DNA of 64,000 nucleotides from Eledone cirrhosa (GCA_964016885.1 OZ024742.1:15872001-15936000); one strand, 5' to 3'. Counted from the stretch's first letter, positions 1 to 13,500 are shown. The notes: generated from the letters alone by a model not told the origin. Made by a program: numbers and translations.

Positions 1-716
1 ACCAACTGAAGTCCATTTCATTCCACACATCTCAATAGATAAAACTACTTGATATTTTAAAAATTATTTTCTAATCATGTATTTCATTGTCTTCACTCTA
101 AAGTGTTTTACACACACACGTTTAACTTCTTCCAGATAATCATATCTTCAACAATGCACACCACATCTGGCATGGTTCCCCGTTTTCTATAAATTATTCA
201 TGTTTAACAATTAAAATTAAATGCCAAGGAATCCATATTTATTTAATTCCATGCTAAACTACCTCATTCAAAAGCCCACATTCGTCAACCATTTTGAATT
301 TTAAATTTAATTTCGAATTTAAATATTCAAATATTTCTAGAATTTTACAATTACTTTTTAATAAACACAATACTCTGAAACGACAACACCAGCAACAACA
401 ACGGCAACAGCAACAATACTAAAAACAGCAACAAACATCTAAGAATTATCACATGAAGAAACTATTCAATACTCATTGAACGTTCTCTTTAGGAAATGGA
501 AAAGAACCGTTCATCAAATAGGATCAAATTAATTATCTTTCCACCGGCCTTTCTGTTACTGACACCATCTGACATGTGTGGTTCCTAGCAGAAAGGTTAC
601 CAATTTTCCGGTAACAGAAGGCGGTGTTTAAATTCAGAACGTACAGAGCTGGAAAAGATACTGTAGAGAATCTCGTTGAACATTATCAATCTCATCAATC
701 AGTTCACTGCCTCACG

Positions 717-827
717 ACTGGTACTTTACTTATCGACCCCGAAAGGATGAAAGGCAAAGTTAACCACGACAGGATTTGAATTCAGAGTTCAGAGAGCAAG
801 AATAAAACTCTACCAAATCACCACATA
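717..827 (-). mobile_element. tRNA-derived SINE fragment (octopus-type)
   Basis: CTGGTACTTT..ATCGACCCCGAAAGGATGAAAGGCAAAGTTAACC..GGATTTGAA. The minus strand has a B-box-like TTCAAATCC. The same motif recurs at 23606, 56197 and 57125. Confidence 0.75.
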
Positions 828-1362
828 TCTATATATTAATTTCAACAATGTCAGTATTTCGTGTGTCATAATTCTCGACTCCGTCCACCTCAACGACGCC
901 AAACTTAAATTTATATGCATAATGTCAATGAGGGAGTGAGAGAGGAGAGTAAGAAACAGAGAGGCAAAGTGAACGCTGTGTTGGATACACTATGTATATG
1001 CGTCAGTGTAGAGACGTGTGTATGTGATGTGTGTGGAAATAAGAGGGGAAGGAAAGCAATAACTATTAACATGTGTGCGTGTGTATGTACGTGCGTGTAT
1101 GTTTATGTGTGTGCGTGCGTGCAGCGTTCTACAGAAAGTAAAAACTATCAACATGTGTGAGTGTGTGCGTGTGTAAGTTTGCGTGCGTGTGCGCGTTTCC
1201 ATGCATGTATGTGTGTGGCGTTCCACAATCGCCACTCAGTTCATCTGTATGTGTGCCTATCTGTCAGTCTAACATACACAGAGTTGTGAAGGGAGTAAAT
1301 AGGGACCTTTCTTTACAATGACGGACATCTTTTATATTTATTATTGTGTCATTTTTTGACAA

Positions 1363-4300
1363 TTGCTCGAAATGAATATTGATAATAAAAGCAATTGGAC
1401 TTTATCAAACAGTGAACTACAGCGGCGACGGCGTGCAGCCAGCAATGAAGAAAAACGGGCCGAACAGCGCTATCGGAACGCCGAACTTCAGAAACGAAGA
1501 CGTGCCGCCATGAATGAAGAGGAGCTGGCTGAACAACGCCAACGAAACACTGGAGCCAAGCAGCAACGGCGTGCTGCGATGGTTGAAGACGAACTGACTG
1601 AGCATCATCAGCAGATGGCCAGAATTCAGCAGCAACGGCGTGCTGCGATGGATGAAGAGGAGCTGGCTGAACAACGCCAGCGGAATACAGAAGTTCAGAG
1701 ACTGTGTCGCCAAAGTGCTCCTCATTCCAGTAAAGAGGCTAGAAGGCGAACGGATGATATTAAAAATGGATCATTGCAACCGTGTCATTTTCAGATTGGT
1801 GGACGTGCAGAGTGTCCACATTGTGGAGCATTGCTTTGGAGGCATGAAAAGACGTGAACCACAATGTGCTGTCGTAAAGGAGCAGTTCAACTAGAACCCT
1901 TGCGAATGCCGGATGATGAGGAGTCACCGGAGTTTAAAATACTAAGTATATGGGGTGATCAAGGAGACCGAGGTAGATTACTGCGCAAATATTCGCGGCA
2001 AATTAACAACTCATTAGCTTTAGCATCGCAGAGAGTTAGTGAGATGTTTGAGAGTGGAGCATGGCAACCGAATGTAGTCATTCAAGGCCGTTTGTATTAT
2101 TGTATCGGTAATTTAGAAGTTACCCCTGGAGAGAAGCCTCGATTCGCTCAAATTTACGTTAACGATCCAGATTATAGTGAATCCGAGGAGGATATCAGGA
2201 TCGGTTGGATGAAGTTGCCGGGAAATATAACTAAACTTGAACGGCAAAGGTTAAGTGATTTGATCCGTGATTTGCAATCATGGCTTAGACAGTGTAATCC
2301 TCATGTTATGGATTTCATGTTGGTGGCTGAACTGCAAAATGTTCAGCAGCAAACATTGGTGATTAAAGCTGACGCAGTGCCAAGCAATCAACACGAACGG
2401 CGATATAATGCCCCTGAAGGATTTCGTGAAGTTGCTGTGTTGATGGACGATAAGCCTGAATCGAGAGATATCCTCCTCAATCGCAGAGATGGTGGTCTCA
2501 AGACTATCAATGAGTCAAATAGCGCATACGATCCATTGCATTATGTTCTTTTATTCCCAAAAGGTGAAAATGGATGGAACATGTCTGTTCATTTAGATGA
2601 TCATGAGAATCAGCATCAACAGGGAGGTGGCAATAGACACAATAATTCGATTCGCGACTTTTACGCGTTCCATTTGAACGAGAGGAATCAACAGAGAAAT
2701 GCACTATTTCAAGCCAGCAGATTGTTCCAGGAATACTGTTGTATGGCATTCGCAAAGATCGAAAATCAAAGGCTAAATTATATAGCTACACATCAGCAAC
2801 ATATCAGTGCTGAATTGTATAATAATATACAGGATGCGATAACAGCCGATGATGCCAATTACAAGAAAATTGGTCGACGCATCATTTTGCCATCGTCATT
2901 CATCGGCGGCACGAGATATATGAACATTCGCTATCAGGATGCAATGGCTATTGTCAGAAAGTTTGGAAAGCCAGATTTGTTTATAACTGTTACATGCAAT
3001 CCTGAATGGACTGATATTAAGGATGCACTTTTGCCAGAACAACAGCCAAAGGACCATCCTGATATTGTGGCAAGAGTATTCAAAGGATATCTGAAAAAGA
3101 TAATGGATGATGTGGAAAAAGAGGGAATCTTTGGAGGTATAGTTGCTTTTACATACGTAATTGAATTCCAAAAAAGAGGATTGCCACATGCACATTTGCT
3201 GATCATTTTACATGGATACATTTTGCAAATTGAGATGTGCTGAGGATGTCGACAGCATTGTGTGTGCTGAACTGCCGGAGAATGAGGCACTCCGCAACTT
3301 GGTGGCAAAGTGAATGGTGCACAACCAATGCGGAGTGGCAAATCGGAAAGCGCCTTGCATGAAGAATGGCTAATGCAGTAAGCACTTTCCGAAATCTTTT
3401 GTCACAAACACTTCCTGGAACGATGGGGATGCTCATCCCTCATCCAGAAGACGGTCGCCTGCAGATGGCGGTTTGGTCGAAAATGTAAACGGTCGACAGG
3501 TTACAAATCAATGGGTTGTGCCATACAATCCATATTTGCTTATGAAATATCGTTGTCATATTAATGTGGAAATTTGTAGTTGAGTGAAAGCTTGCAAATA
3601 TCTATTCAAATATGTTTACAAAGGTCATGATCGGGCAATGATCAATGTCAGGAATGAGGAAGCGAACCAAGGAGATGAAGTTGGCAGGTTCCAGGATGTT
3701 CACTTGATTGGATCTAGCGAAGCTTGCTGGAGATTGTTCGATTTTCTTCTCAATGAACGCAAACCCAGCGTTCAGAAACTGAAGGTTCACTTAGAGAATA
3801 AGAAAATGGTCTGTTTTCAAGACACTAGAAGATGTGTCGAAAGAATTGCTAACGCACCACCTCCTAAGACGGAATTGACTGAGTGGTTCAAGCATAATAG
3901 GGAACATGCTTTGAACCCGGATCAAAGGCAACTCTACTGCGATTTCCCTTCGCACTATACGTGGAATAAGAAGGGAAAGAAATGGAATGATAGAAAACAA
4001 AAGTTGAGATTCATGACTATTGGACGGGTTTGTATGTCCATCCAGCATCTGGTGATGTGTTTTATTTCCGAATTCTGTTGCATAATGATTTTTCGAGAGG
4101 TAAACAGAGCGTCGCTGATTTGAAAACAATCAATGGCGTGGAATATGAAACATACCAGGCTGTGTGTCAGCATCTGGGACTCCTTCAGGATGACGCTGAA
4201 TGGAATAACGCCATGGAAGCTGCAGGAACAACACAGATGCCAGCTATAATAAGGCAGTTGTTTGTCACGATTCTACGATTCTGCAATCCTGCCTATCCAA

Positions 4301-5957
4301 GAGAGTTATTTGAACGCCATTGGGGAATTATGGCTGATGATTTTAGGCATCATCTTCAGGTCGATGATGAAAATTTGATGAAAGCTATTGTTTTGCTCAA
4401 TATTGAGCAACTGCTTGAAGTTCATTTCAAATGTTTAACAGATTTCAATTTGCCAATTCCTGATGAAGAAATGCGGCAACGTGTCTTAGCATTGAACATG
4501 AGATTGCAGCTTAGACGTTTGCCACTCGATCGGAGGGAACTATTCCAGTTTGATCCACTGGAACAGCAACGTATTGTGGATGAACGTATGCCAATGTTGA
4601 CCCAATCTCAGAGAGAATTGGTCGATTGCGTTCTCCACTCGATTTCCACTAATGAGCAACTTTGTGCTTTCATAGATGCTCCAGGAGGCACCAGAAAGAC
4701 ATTCTGTTTCAACACTATGTTATCGGCAGTCAGAGCTCAGAGGAAGATTGCTCTCCCTGTGGCCACCAGTGGGATCGCTGCCACTTTGCTGAGTGGTGGA
4801 AGGACCTTCCACTCATGCTTCAAGGCTCCATTGGTTCCGGATGAGTTGAGTGTCTGTAACATTACAGGACAAAGTGAACTCGCGGGCCTTATACGCAATA
4901 CGTTTCTGATTATTTGGGTTGATGCTCCAATGGCACACAGATATTTGCTGGAGGCATTGGACAGAACTTTGAGAGATATCTGCGGTAGTGACCTGCCATT
5001 CAGTGGTAAGACTATCGTTCTTGGTGGCGATTTCAGACAGGTGCTACCAATTGTTAGGAATGCTCAAAGAGCGCAAATTGTCGATGCATGTCTGAAAAAG
5101 TCCCCGTTGTGGCGCCATTTCAGTGTTTTACGATTACATGATAATATGCGACTTCGTATGTTCGGGCAAAACAAAAGGCTGAGACATACGGCCGATGGTT
5201 GATGCAGTTGAGAAACGATGAATTGCCACACGTTGGTGATAATCAGATTGTAAGAATCCCAGACCATTTGGTCATGCCACTGGACCGCCAAGCATTGATT
5301 GACTGGGTGTTCCATAATTTGAATGCTTTTTGGATATCGGAACGCGTTATTCTAACTCATACGAATGCAACGGTCGATGAAATAAATTCACAAGTAGCCG
5401 GAATGTTTCCTGGAGAGGAATGGTTGACCGTCAGTGCGGATGCAATGGAGCCTAATCAGCAGAACAATATGGATGTTCCGACTGAGTATCTGAATTCACT
5501 TCAAATACCCGGATTTACCCCACATATTTTGAGGTTTCAAAAGGGTATGCCGATTATATTGCTTAGAAATATCAATCATAAAATGGATCTTTGCAATGGT
5601 ACCAGATTGATTGTTGAAAGATTGATTAACGGAAGAGTTTTAGAAGCTAAACTCCCAGGGAGAGAGGAATCGGTTCTCATTCCTAGGATCATGCTGAGAC
5701 CAAGTGAAGATCTGATGCCATTCATTTGGCAAAGGAGACAGTTTCCCGTCAATTTGGCCTTCTCCATGACTGTCAACATGGCACAGGGACAGACTTTCAA
5801 GCGAGTCGTTGTCTACTTGAATGATCCAGCATTCAGCCATGGGCAACTGTATGTTGCTGCATCTCGAGTGTGCAATCCTGATGGTATAAAATTTGCAATT
5901 GATACCACTAACAGAGGAATAACCCTGAATATTGTCTATAATGAAGCTTTGAGCTGA
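1363..5957 (+). pseudogene. Helitron RepHel (HUH endonuclease + Pif1 helicase), disrupted
   Basis: Zn motif CPHCGALLW..CC; Rep motifs PDLFITVTCNPEW, VIEFQKRGLPHAH and KYLFKYVYKG; helicase motifs DAPGGTRKT (Walker A G>R), WVDAPM (altered DE), GGDFRQVLP, QGQT and HGQLYVAASRV. In-frame stops at 1855 and 3581 and frameshifts near 3230, 4030 and 5200. Confidence 0.93.
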
Positions 5958-5987
5958 TGTATGCATATCTTTAATGGTATCAATAAG

Positions 5988-6325
5988 CGACGTAAATGAT
6001 TCGGACATTGGTGTCCTTTGATCAGTATTGCGAGCTTTGACAGAGTTATCATTTATGTTCAATGTCATTTAATGTCGTTCTGATCAATAAAAACAAACAA
6101 GTATTGGTAAAAATTGCTTTCACTGCTATGTTGCGCAATAAATACCAACAAGTATTGGTAGAAATTGCCTTCACTGCTATGAATATTCGACGTAAATGAT
6201 TCAGACATTGGTGTCCTTTGATCAGTATTATGGGCTTTGACAGAGTTATCATTTCTGTTCAATGTCATTTATTGTCGATAATGAGCAATAAAAACCAACA
6301 AGTATTGGTAGAAATTGCCTTCAAA
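5988..6325 (+). repeat. ~200-bp internal tandem duplication with ~50-bp subrepeats in the Helitron 3' region
   Basis: CGACGTAAATGATTC..GACATTGGTGTCCTTTGATCAGT occurs at ~5988 and ~6188; AACAAGTATTGGTA.AAATTGC occurs three times. Confidence 0.85.
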
Positions 6326-7048
6326 TTCATCGCTTCTGATAGCGGTGGTAATAAAACCTCATCATATGCTGAGTCTGGCAAAAAGTTTGGTCCCTATGGC
6401 CGGCCAGGGTTAGAGTAATATTGAAAAACGATTCTATTTCGAAGTAGAAGGATCCGCCATTTGCAGTTCAAACCAGGCCACCTCCCCGAGTTGAACTCTG
6501 GGCAATATTGACTGTCTATTACTCAGTGGCTAAGAGCCTGCAAATTACTGAATAAATTTTTGTGGCATATAATTTGTTGTTATATTATTATAGCTGACCA
6601 CTTATAGATAAGCATGTTATCCATATCCATATTAATTTGGCATTTGTATAAACCATTTCAAGTAAATAGGGACCTTTTTTACATTGACGGACATCTTTTA
6701 TATTAATTATCTATATCTATATCTACATATAATATAAAAGATTGGAACTTCCATCATCCTTTTGAGAAACGTGGAACAACCACGTCTATGAAATGATAGA
6801 CGTTTTACAGTCAGGCAGAAGATGAACCATCTCCTAGAGGTCACTATTCTAGGTGGGAGCACCTAGAATTGTTCATATACTATGCACAAACGGTACAACG
6901 AAGAATCTGGTATATCTGGAAGATATTTTTTTACTGTTTTCTGTATCACCTATATCACACAGGGACCACGGACTCGCCTCATACTGTAACCAGACAAACA
7001 TCCAATACAGTCATTTTCTCTTTTACTTGTCTTCTCTTATCATCTGTT

Positions 7049-7078
7049 TACCCGGGCGAAGCTGGGTACGTCAGCTAG
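7049..7078 (+). terminator. Helitron 3' hairpin + CTAG rolling-circle termination signal
   Basis: GC-rich hairpin a few nt upstream of CTAG; a near-identical copy lies at 56081-56110. Confidence 0.85.
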
Positions 7079-7341
7079 TATATATTAATTTCAACAATGT
7101 CAGTATTCCGTGTGTCATAATTCTCGATTATCATTGGTTCATAGGTTTCAAATGACTCCGTCCACCTCACCGACGCCAAACTTAAATTAATATGCATAAT
7201 GCCAATGAGGGAGTGAGAGGGGAGAGTAAGAAACAGAGAGGCAAAGTGAACGCTGTAACTATTACCATGTGTGCGTGTGTATGTACGTGCGCGTGTGTTT
7301 ATGTGTGCGTGCGTGCGTTCAGCGATCCACAGAAAGTAAAA
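7079..7341 (+). mobile_element. Second, truncated 5' end of the same Helitron directly after CTAG
   Basis: TATATATTAATTTCAACAATGTCAGTATT.. matches 830 onward and 55395 onward; similarity ends after CAGAAAGTAAAA. Confidence 0.88.
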
Positions 7342-7379
7342 TCAACTCCAGCTGTAAAATCACTCCAGCTGTAGTGTTC

Positions 7380-7850
7380 CTTTGTCATCTCTTCTCTCAC
7401 ACCTTGAGATCAGCTATAGCCACAATTGTCCATTTTTTTCCGCTTTTCCTCTACTACAGCTTCCTTACACTGACATCTCCAAACTCTTTTTCACTCAACG
7501 TTCATCATCAGCCCTCTTTATTCTAAGTTCTGTTTCCACAACAGAAATTTCTTTTCAAGCCTTTCGCTAGATCTGGCCATAAGAACCCTGTCATCAGCAT
7601 ACAGAAATGGCCATGTATAGACACGGGAAATCTTCTGTTATGGCCTGACGAACTATATTTAACACGAAGACGAAGGGACTGAGAACTAAGCCATGATGAA
7701 CGCTCAATTGCACATTGAATTCCTCACTAAACTCATCACTTACTTTCAAAGCTCCTTTGGACATGCCTGGCACTGCTGTTACAAGCCATTTTCCTTAAGG
7801 ATCACTAGATAACAGATCTATCAAAGGACATTTCTAGGCCTACAAAACTA
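7380..7850 (-). mobile_element. Degraded RTE LINE reverse-transcriptase fragment
   Basis: Minus-strand translation gives EFSEEFNVQLSVHHGLVLSP and WPFLYADDRVLMARSSERLEKKFLLWKQNLE, homologous to the RT at 20049-21017. Confidence 0.75.
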
Positions 7851-7853
7851 AGC

Positions 7854-7854
<1 letters not shown>

Positions 7855-7928
<74 letters not shown>

Positions 7929-7931
7929 ATA

Positions 7932-7965
<34 letters not shown>
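7855..7965. repeat. (TA)n microsatellite
   Basis: Read directly. Other (TA)n tracts occur at ~8876, 9705 and 19008. Confidence 0.95.
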
Positions 7966-7966
<1 letters not shown>

Positions 7967-8340
7967 TACTAAAACTCTGATCTTGCGTGCTTGCTTGCTT
8001 GTCTGTTATGTAATACAGCCAAAAGGGCGCATAATGGGTAAATACTTTGAAAGCAAGTTGCCTCTGAATTGGGAATACAAATTGTATAAAACAAGTTTCG
8101 CGAAAATCTGACCCCGTGTTCCCGAGATTCGCGGGTTTTGGGGGTACCTTCGTAAATAGCCACAACGGTGCATACTGGGAAATACCTCGAAATTAACATA
8201 ACCCTGCAAAACTTCGTAAATAGCCGAAACATTGCATAATGAGAAAATACTCTGAATAAAACAAGTTTGGCGTAAATCGCACATGGACAATATTTTCAAT
8301 TTTCCAAAAATCGCAAGGAATTCATCTAAATTCAATTTAT
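7966..8340 (+). mobile_element. Dispersed repeat related to the flanks of the second Helitron (probable non-autonomous Helitron piece)
   Basis: GG(G/A)TACCTT(C/T)(G/A)TAAATAGCCA..GCATA.TGG and AAAACAAGTTT..CGTAAATCG also occur at ~43590-43700 and ~46670-46750. Confidence 0.55.
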
Positions 8341-8446
8341 CTTATTTTATAATGAATATCGAAAGAAATAATGGCCAAATTAGAATATACCGCTGCGTTT
8401 TTACAGTTTTACGAGTTACACATACACACACATATATATATATACA

Positions 8447-8524
8447 CACGGTGTCCCCTCCAAAATATATACACACTTTGATTACTTTGCTGTTGAAGTG
8501 TGTATACATTTTTTGGGACACTGT
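8447..8524. mobile_element. Tiny inverted-repeat element, Tc1/mariner-MITE-like
   Basis: CACGGTGTCCC..AAAAT.TATACACACTT pairs with AAGTGTGTATACATTTTTTGGGACACTG, in a TA-rich context. Confidence 0.5.
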
Positions 8525-8873
8525 CTTTGTATATATATATATATATATATATTGGGGGAAGGGAGACATTTTTGGATGCTATACCTGACATAATAAAAAA
8601 CCCAAATACACCCCTAACATTTGTCGGAATATCAATCACGAGAGTAGATATATAAATATATAAATACATAAATAAGAAATGATAGAAAAGGAAAAGAAAA
8701 TCCCTACATTATGTAATATTCCCAGTCACCCCTAAATTTTCCCTAAATTTCAAAACCGGGAGGGAAAAGTCTGAGGGTTAACATCCCAAATGATGGTACC
8801 TCAAATACTAGTGTATCCCTTCGCATTACAGTTTAAAGCAATACATAGTCTATCTTTTGCCATAAAAATTAAG

Positions 8874-8943
<70 letters not shown>

Positions 8944-9699
8944 AGTATTATTATTAAAATTAAATACCATTTATTCTGCAGCAGAGAGCTTTATCTTCTC
9001 CATCATTCGCTCCTCCAGAATCGTAGTACTCGTCGTTATTGTATGTGTGTGTTTCTGCGTATATATATATATGTGGTGTGTATGTGTTTGTGTGTATATG
9101 TATATATGTTTGCGATCGCCACTCTCGCCCTTCGTGAGGAGAATGCTGTGTACGTATGTATATATATATATATGTGTGTATGTGTGTGCTTGGAATATTT
9201 ACCAATGGTTGGTATATCGATGAACCTCTGATAGTCTTATACAGAATTAATGGATCTCGTATCGGTTCCTTTCGTTCGATCACCAAGAACTACCCACACA
9301 TTTGAATTTATAATGTAAATGGTTAAATGTTTCAGAAGCATTTGTACTCCCTTACTTTAACATACCCCTCCTCCATATACACATACTATGTGGGCACTCA
9401 GTTTGCTAGAAATAACAGCCAATTCTTTCCACCCACCTTAAAAAAAATATTAAGAAAGAACACGATGTCCGATAATGTACTTATTAGATACACCTAAAAC
9501 GACGGGATGGTCGTGGCTGGAATACCGTTGATCATAATGGAATTCTGTGGTTTAGTCAAGGTTTACCTAGGGCTAAACAACAACAATAACGTAATGCCCA
9601 AGCAGAATCTATAAACAGACTAAAAAACACCTTGTAAAAAAAAAATGATATTTATCTGATAAAGAGGTAGGAAGCAGCTAGTATTGATTTACAACAGGG

Positions 9700-9747
<48 letters not shown>

Positions 9748-10573
9748 TGTTGGTTGCTGATGTGTATTGAATTATGATGAGACTGTTGTCGAGCACGAAA
9801 TTAACCAGGTTCTTGTTTGAGAAAATGTATCGTTGCAGGTTTTACTTTTGCCCCTCAGGTGAAGGGGCCTTACTATCATGGAACGGGAATATTGTGATGG
9901 GACCCGACTTTTCCCCACCCCCTCGGTCTAGACCCGCAGGTACAGTCGAGTCCGCTTAAGAGTATACCCTCGGGAATGGAAAATAGTATACTGTTAACCG
10001 GACTAAGTAAAAATATTCCACAGTATTATTATTTTGAGTCTTTCAATGATTAATAATCGCTTTATTATCGTTTAAAATGCAAGTCAACAAAATTATCTTG
10101 CAACATTGTAGAGTGAATGTAAAATTTTATAAGCTTCAGCTTTGAGAAACTACTCTAACCATTTTCCATCGATACTGGAAGTGGGAAAAGGAAGCTCAAT
10201 GCAATAGCATCATTTGAGTCATATAAAACATTTTCCCGATTTTAGAATTATTCCAGTTTATCATTTTTCCGAACTTAGAAGGAAAAAATACGTATATACG
10301 TATAGACACATTCATATATTTAGAGGTAATATCACGTGAACAGAATCACGTTATTCTTTCAAAAAGAAATGTTTGGCGCCATTTTTCTCCAGGGAATATC
10401 GCAAAGCGTCAACAAACACAAGAGAAACAGTAAAAGCAAAAGATAAGAAATTGGTAAGTAATATTAAATAATTATTAAACAGTGTTGAGATTAAAAACGT
10501 TACAGGAGTCGCATTACACGAATAATTAAGTTTCATACATACATATATATATATCTGTGTATGTATATATATG

Positions 10574-13500
10574 AATCTTTTGCTCTCTCTAAATGCTATT
10601 CTATAATTCTGTCTGGTTGTTTCGAAATAATCTTCTTGTATTTTAAACCCCATTATTCGCTTATTATTACTGTTATATGCTTGTCCAATTATGCCCAAAA
10701 TTCGAAGATTTCATTTAAACCCTCTCCTAAATTGCCCCATTTGTTTTTCTAAAATAACAATCTTGTTTATTTAATTTTGGCCGAAAAATTCTAGGATTTA
10801 TAAAATGACCTCGTTGTACCTCTTAATCTGTACCCCCCCCCCCACTGTATCGTATTACGCGCAGGCTAGTTAACCCTTTCAATCACTCCCTTCTCTCACC
10901 AAATATAAATAAACCTGTTACGAGGTACGAATCTGAGAATTTGTCAACGCTTATTAATGGTCAGATCTCTTCGTCCCCTGCGAAGTGTAATGTAAATGCA
11001 ATTTTCCTTATCTCTCGCCAGCCTATCGGTCCATTCATTCATATATCCGTATCATCGCCCAGAATCCAATCTTTTGCTCTCTCTCAATGCTATTCTATAA
11101 TTCTGTCTGCTTGTTTCTAAGTAATCTTCTTGTATTTTAAAACCCCATTACTCGCTTATTATTACTGTTATATGCTTGTCCAATTATGACAAAAATTCGA
11201 AGATTTCATTTAAACCCTCTCGTAAATTGCCCCATTTGTTTTTCTAAAATAACAATCTTGTTCGTTTAATTTTGGCCGAAAAATTCTAGGATTTATAAAA
11301 TGGCCTCCTTGTCCCTCTTAATCTTTACCCCCTCCCAATGTATCGTATGACGTGCCGGCTAGTTAACCCTTTCAATCACTCCTTTCTCTCACCAAATATA
11401 AATAAACATGTTACGAGGTACGAATCTGAGAATTTGTCAACGCTTATTAATGGTCAGACCTCGTCGTCCCCTGCGAAATGTAATGTAAATGCCATTTTTC
11501 TTATCTCTCTCCAGCCTATCGGTCCATTCATTCATATATTCGTATCATCGCCTATAATCCAATCTTTTGCTCTCTCTCAATGCTATTCTATAATTCTGTC
11601 TGCTTGTTTCTAAATAATCTTCTTGTATTTTAAATCCCATTATTCGCTTATTATTACTGTTATATGCTTGTCCAATTATGCCAAAAATTCGAAGATTTCA
11701 TTTAAACCCTCTCGTAAATTGCCCCATTTGTTTTTCTAAAATAACAATCTTGTTCGTTTAATTTTGGCCGATAAATTCTAGGATTTATAAAATGGCCTCC
11801 TTGTCCCTCTTAATCTTTACCCCCTCCCAATGTATCGTATTACGTGCCGGCTAGTTAACCCTTTCAATCACTCCCTTCTCTCACCAAATATAAATATACC
11901 TGTTACGAGGTACGAAACTCAGAATTTGTCAACGTTTATTAATGGTCAGACCTCGTTGTCCCCTGCGAAGTGTAATGTAAATGCCATTTTTCTTATCTCT
12001 CTCCAGCCTATCGGTCCATTCATTCATATATTCGTATCATCGCCCAGAATCCAATCTTTTGCTCTCTCTCAATGCTATTCTATAATTCTGTCTGGTTGTT
12101 TCTAAATAATCTTTTTGTATTTTAAACCCCCTTTTTCGCTTATTATTATTGTTATATACTTGTCCAATTATGCCCCAAATTCGAAGATTTCATCATTTAA
12201 ACCCTCTCGTAAATTGCCCCATTTGTTTTTCTAAAATAACAATCTTGTTTGTTTAATTTTGGCCGAAAAATTCTAGGATTTATAAAATGACCTCCTTGTC
12301 CCTCTTAATCTTTACCCCCCTCACTGTATCGTATTATGCCCCGGCTAGTTAAGTGTATCAATCACTCCCTTCTCTCACCAAATATAAATAAACCTGTTAC
12401 GAGGTACGAATCTCAGAATTTGTCAACTCTTATTAATGGTCAGACCTCGTCGTCCTCTGCGAAGTGTAATGTAAATGCAATTTTTCTTATCTCTCTCCAG
12501 CCTATCGGTCCATTCATTCATATATTCGTATCATCGCCCATAATCCAATCTTTTGCTCTCTCTCAATGCTATTCTATAATTCTGTCTGCTTGTTTCTAAA
12601 TAATCTTCTTGTATTTTAAATCCCATTATTCGCTTATTATTACTGTTATATGCTTGTCCAATTATGACAAAAATTCGAAGATTTCATTTAAACCCTCTCG
12701 TAAATTGCCCCATTTGTTTTTCTAAAATAACAATCTTGTTCGTTTAATTTTGGCCGAAAAATTCTAGGATTTATAAAATGGCCTCCTTGTCCCTCTTAAT
12801 CTTTACCCCCTCCCAATGTATCGTATGACGTGCCGGCTTGTTAACCCTTTCAATCACTCCTTTCTCTCACCAAATATAAATAAACATGTTACGAGGTACG
12901 AATCTGAGAATTTGTCAACGCTTATTAATGGTCAGACCTCGTCGTCACCTGCGAAATGTAATGTAAATGCCATTTTTCTTATCTCTCTCCAGCCTATCGG
13001 TCCATTCATTCATATATTCGTATCATCGCCCAGAATCCAATCTTTTGCTCTCTCTCAATGCTATTCTATAATTCTGTCTGGTTGTTTCTAAATAATCTTT
13101 TTGTATTTTAAACCCCCTTTTTCGCTTATTATTATTGTTATATACTTGTCCAATTATGCCCCAAATTCGAAGATTTCATCATTTAAACCCTCTCGTAAAT
13201 TGCCCCATTTGTTTTTCTAAAATAACAATCTTGTTTGTTTAATTTTGGCCGAAAAATTCTAGGATTTATAAAATGACCTCCTTGTCCCTCTTAATCTTTA
13301 CCCCCCTCACTGTATCGTATTATGCCCCGGCTAGTTAAGTGTATCAATCACTCCCTTCTCTCACCAAATATAAATAAACCTGTTACGAGGTACGAATCTC
13401 AGAATTTGTCAACTCTTATTAATGGTCAGACCTCGTCGTCCCCTGCGAAGTGTAATGTAAATGCAATTTTTCTTATCTCTCTCCAGCCTATCGGTCCATT

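Larger units (their letters stand above)
828..7078 (+). mobile_element. Helitron, full-length and decayed
   Basis: A|TC 5' end at 828. The 3' hairpin TACCCGGGC-GAA-GCTGGGTA (7049-7068) is followed by CTAG|T at 7075-7078. Internal RepHel coding region. Both termini are shared with the copy at 55393-56110. Confidence 0.93.

Noticed and set aside
4030-5957. Host PIF1 helicase gene
   Set aside because: It is contiguous with HUH Rep motifs inside Helitron termini, intronless and disrupted.
9941-10010. TACAGTCGAGTCCGCTTAA as a pogo/Tigger-like terminus
   Set aside because: No matching opposite TIR or transposase was found.
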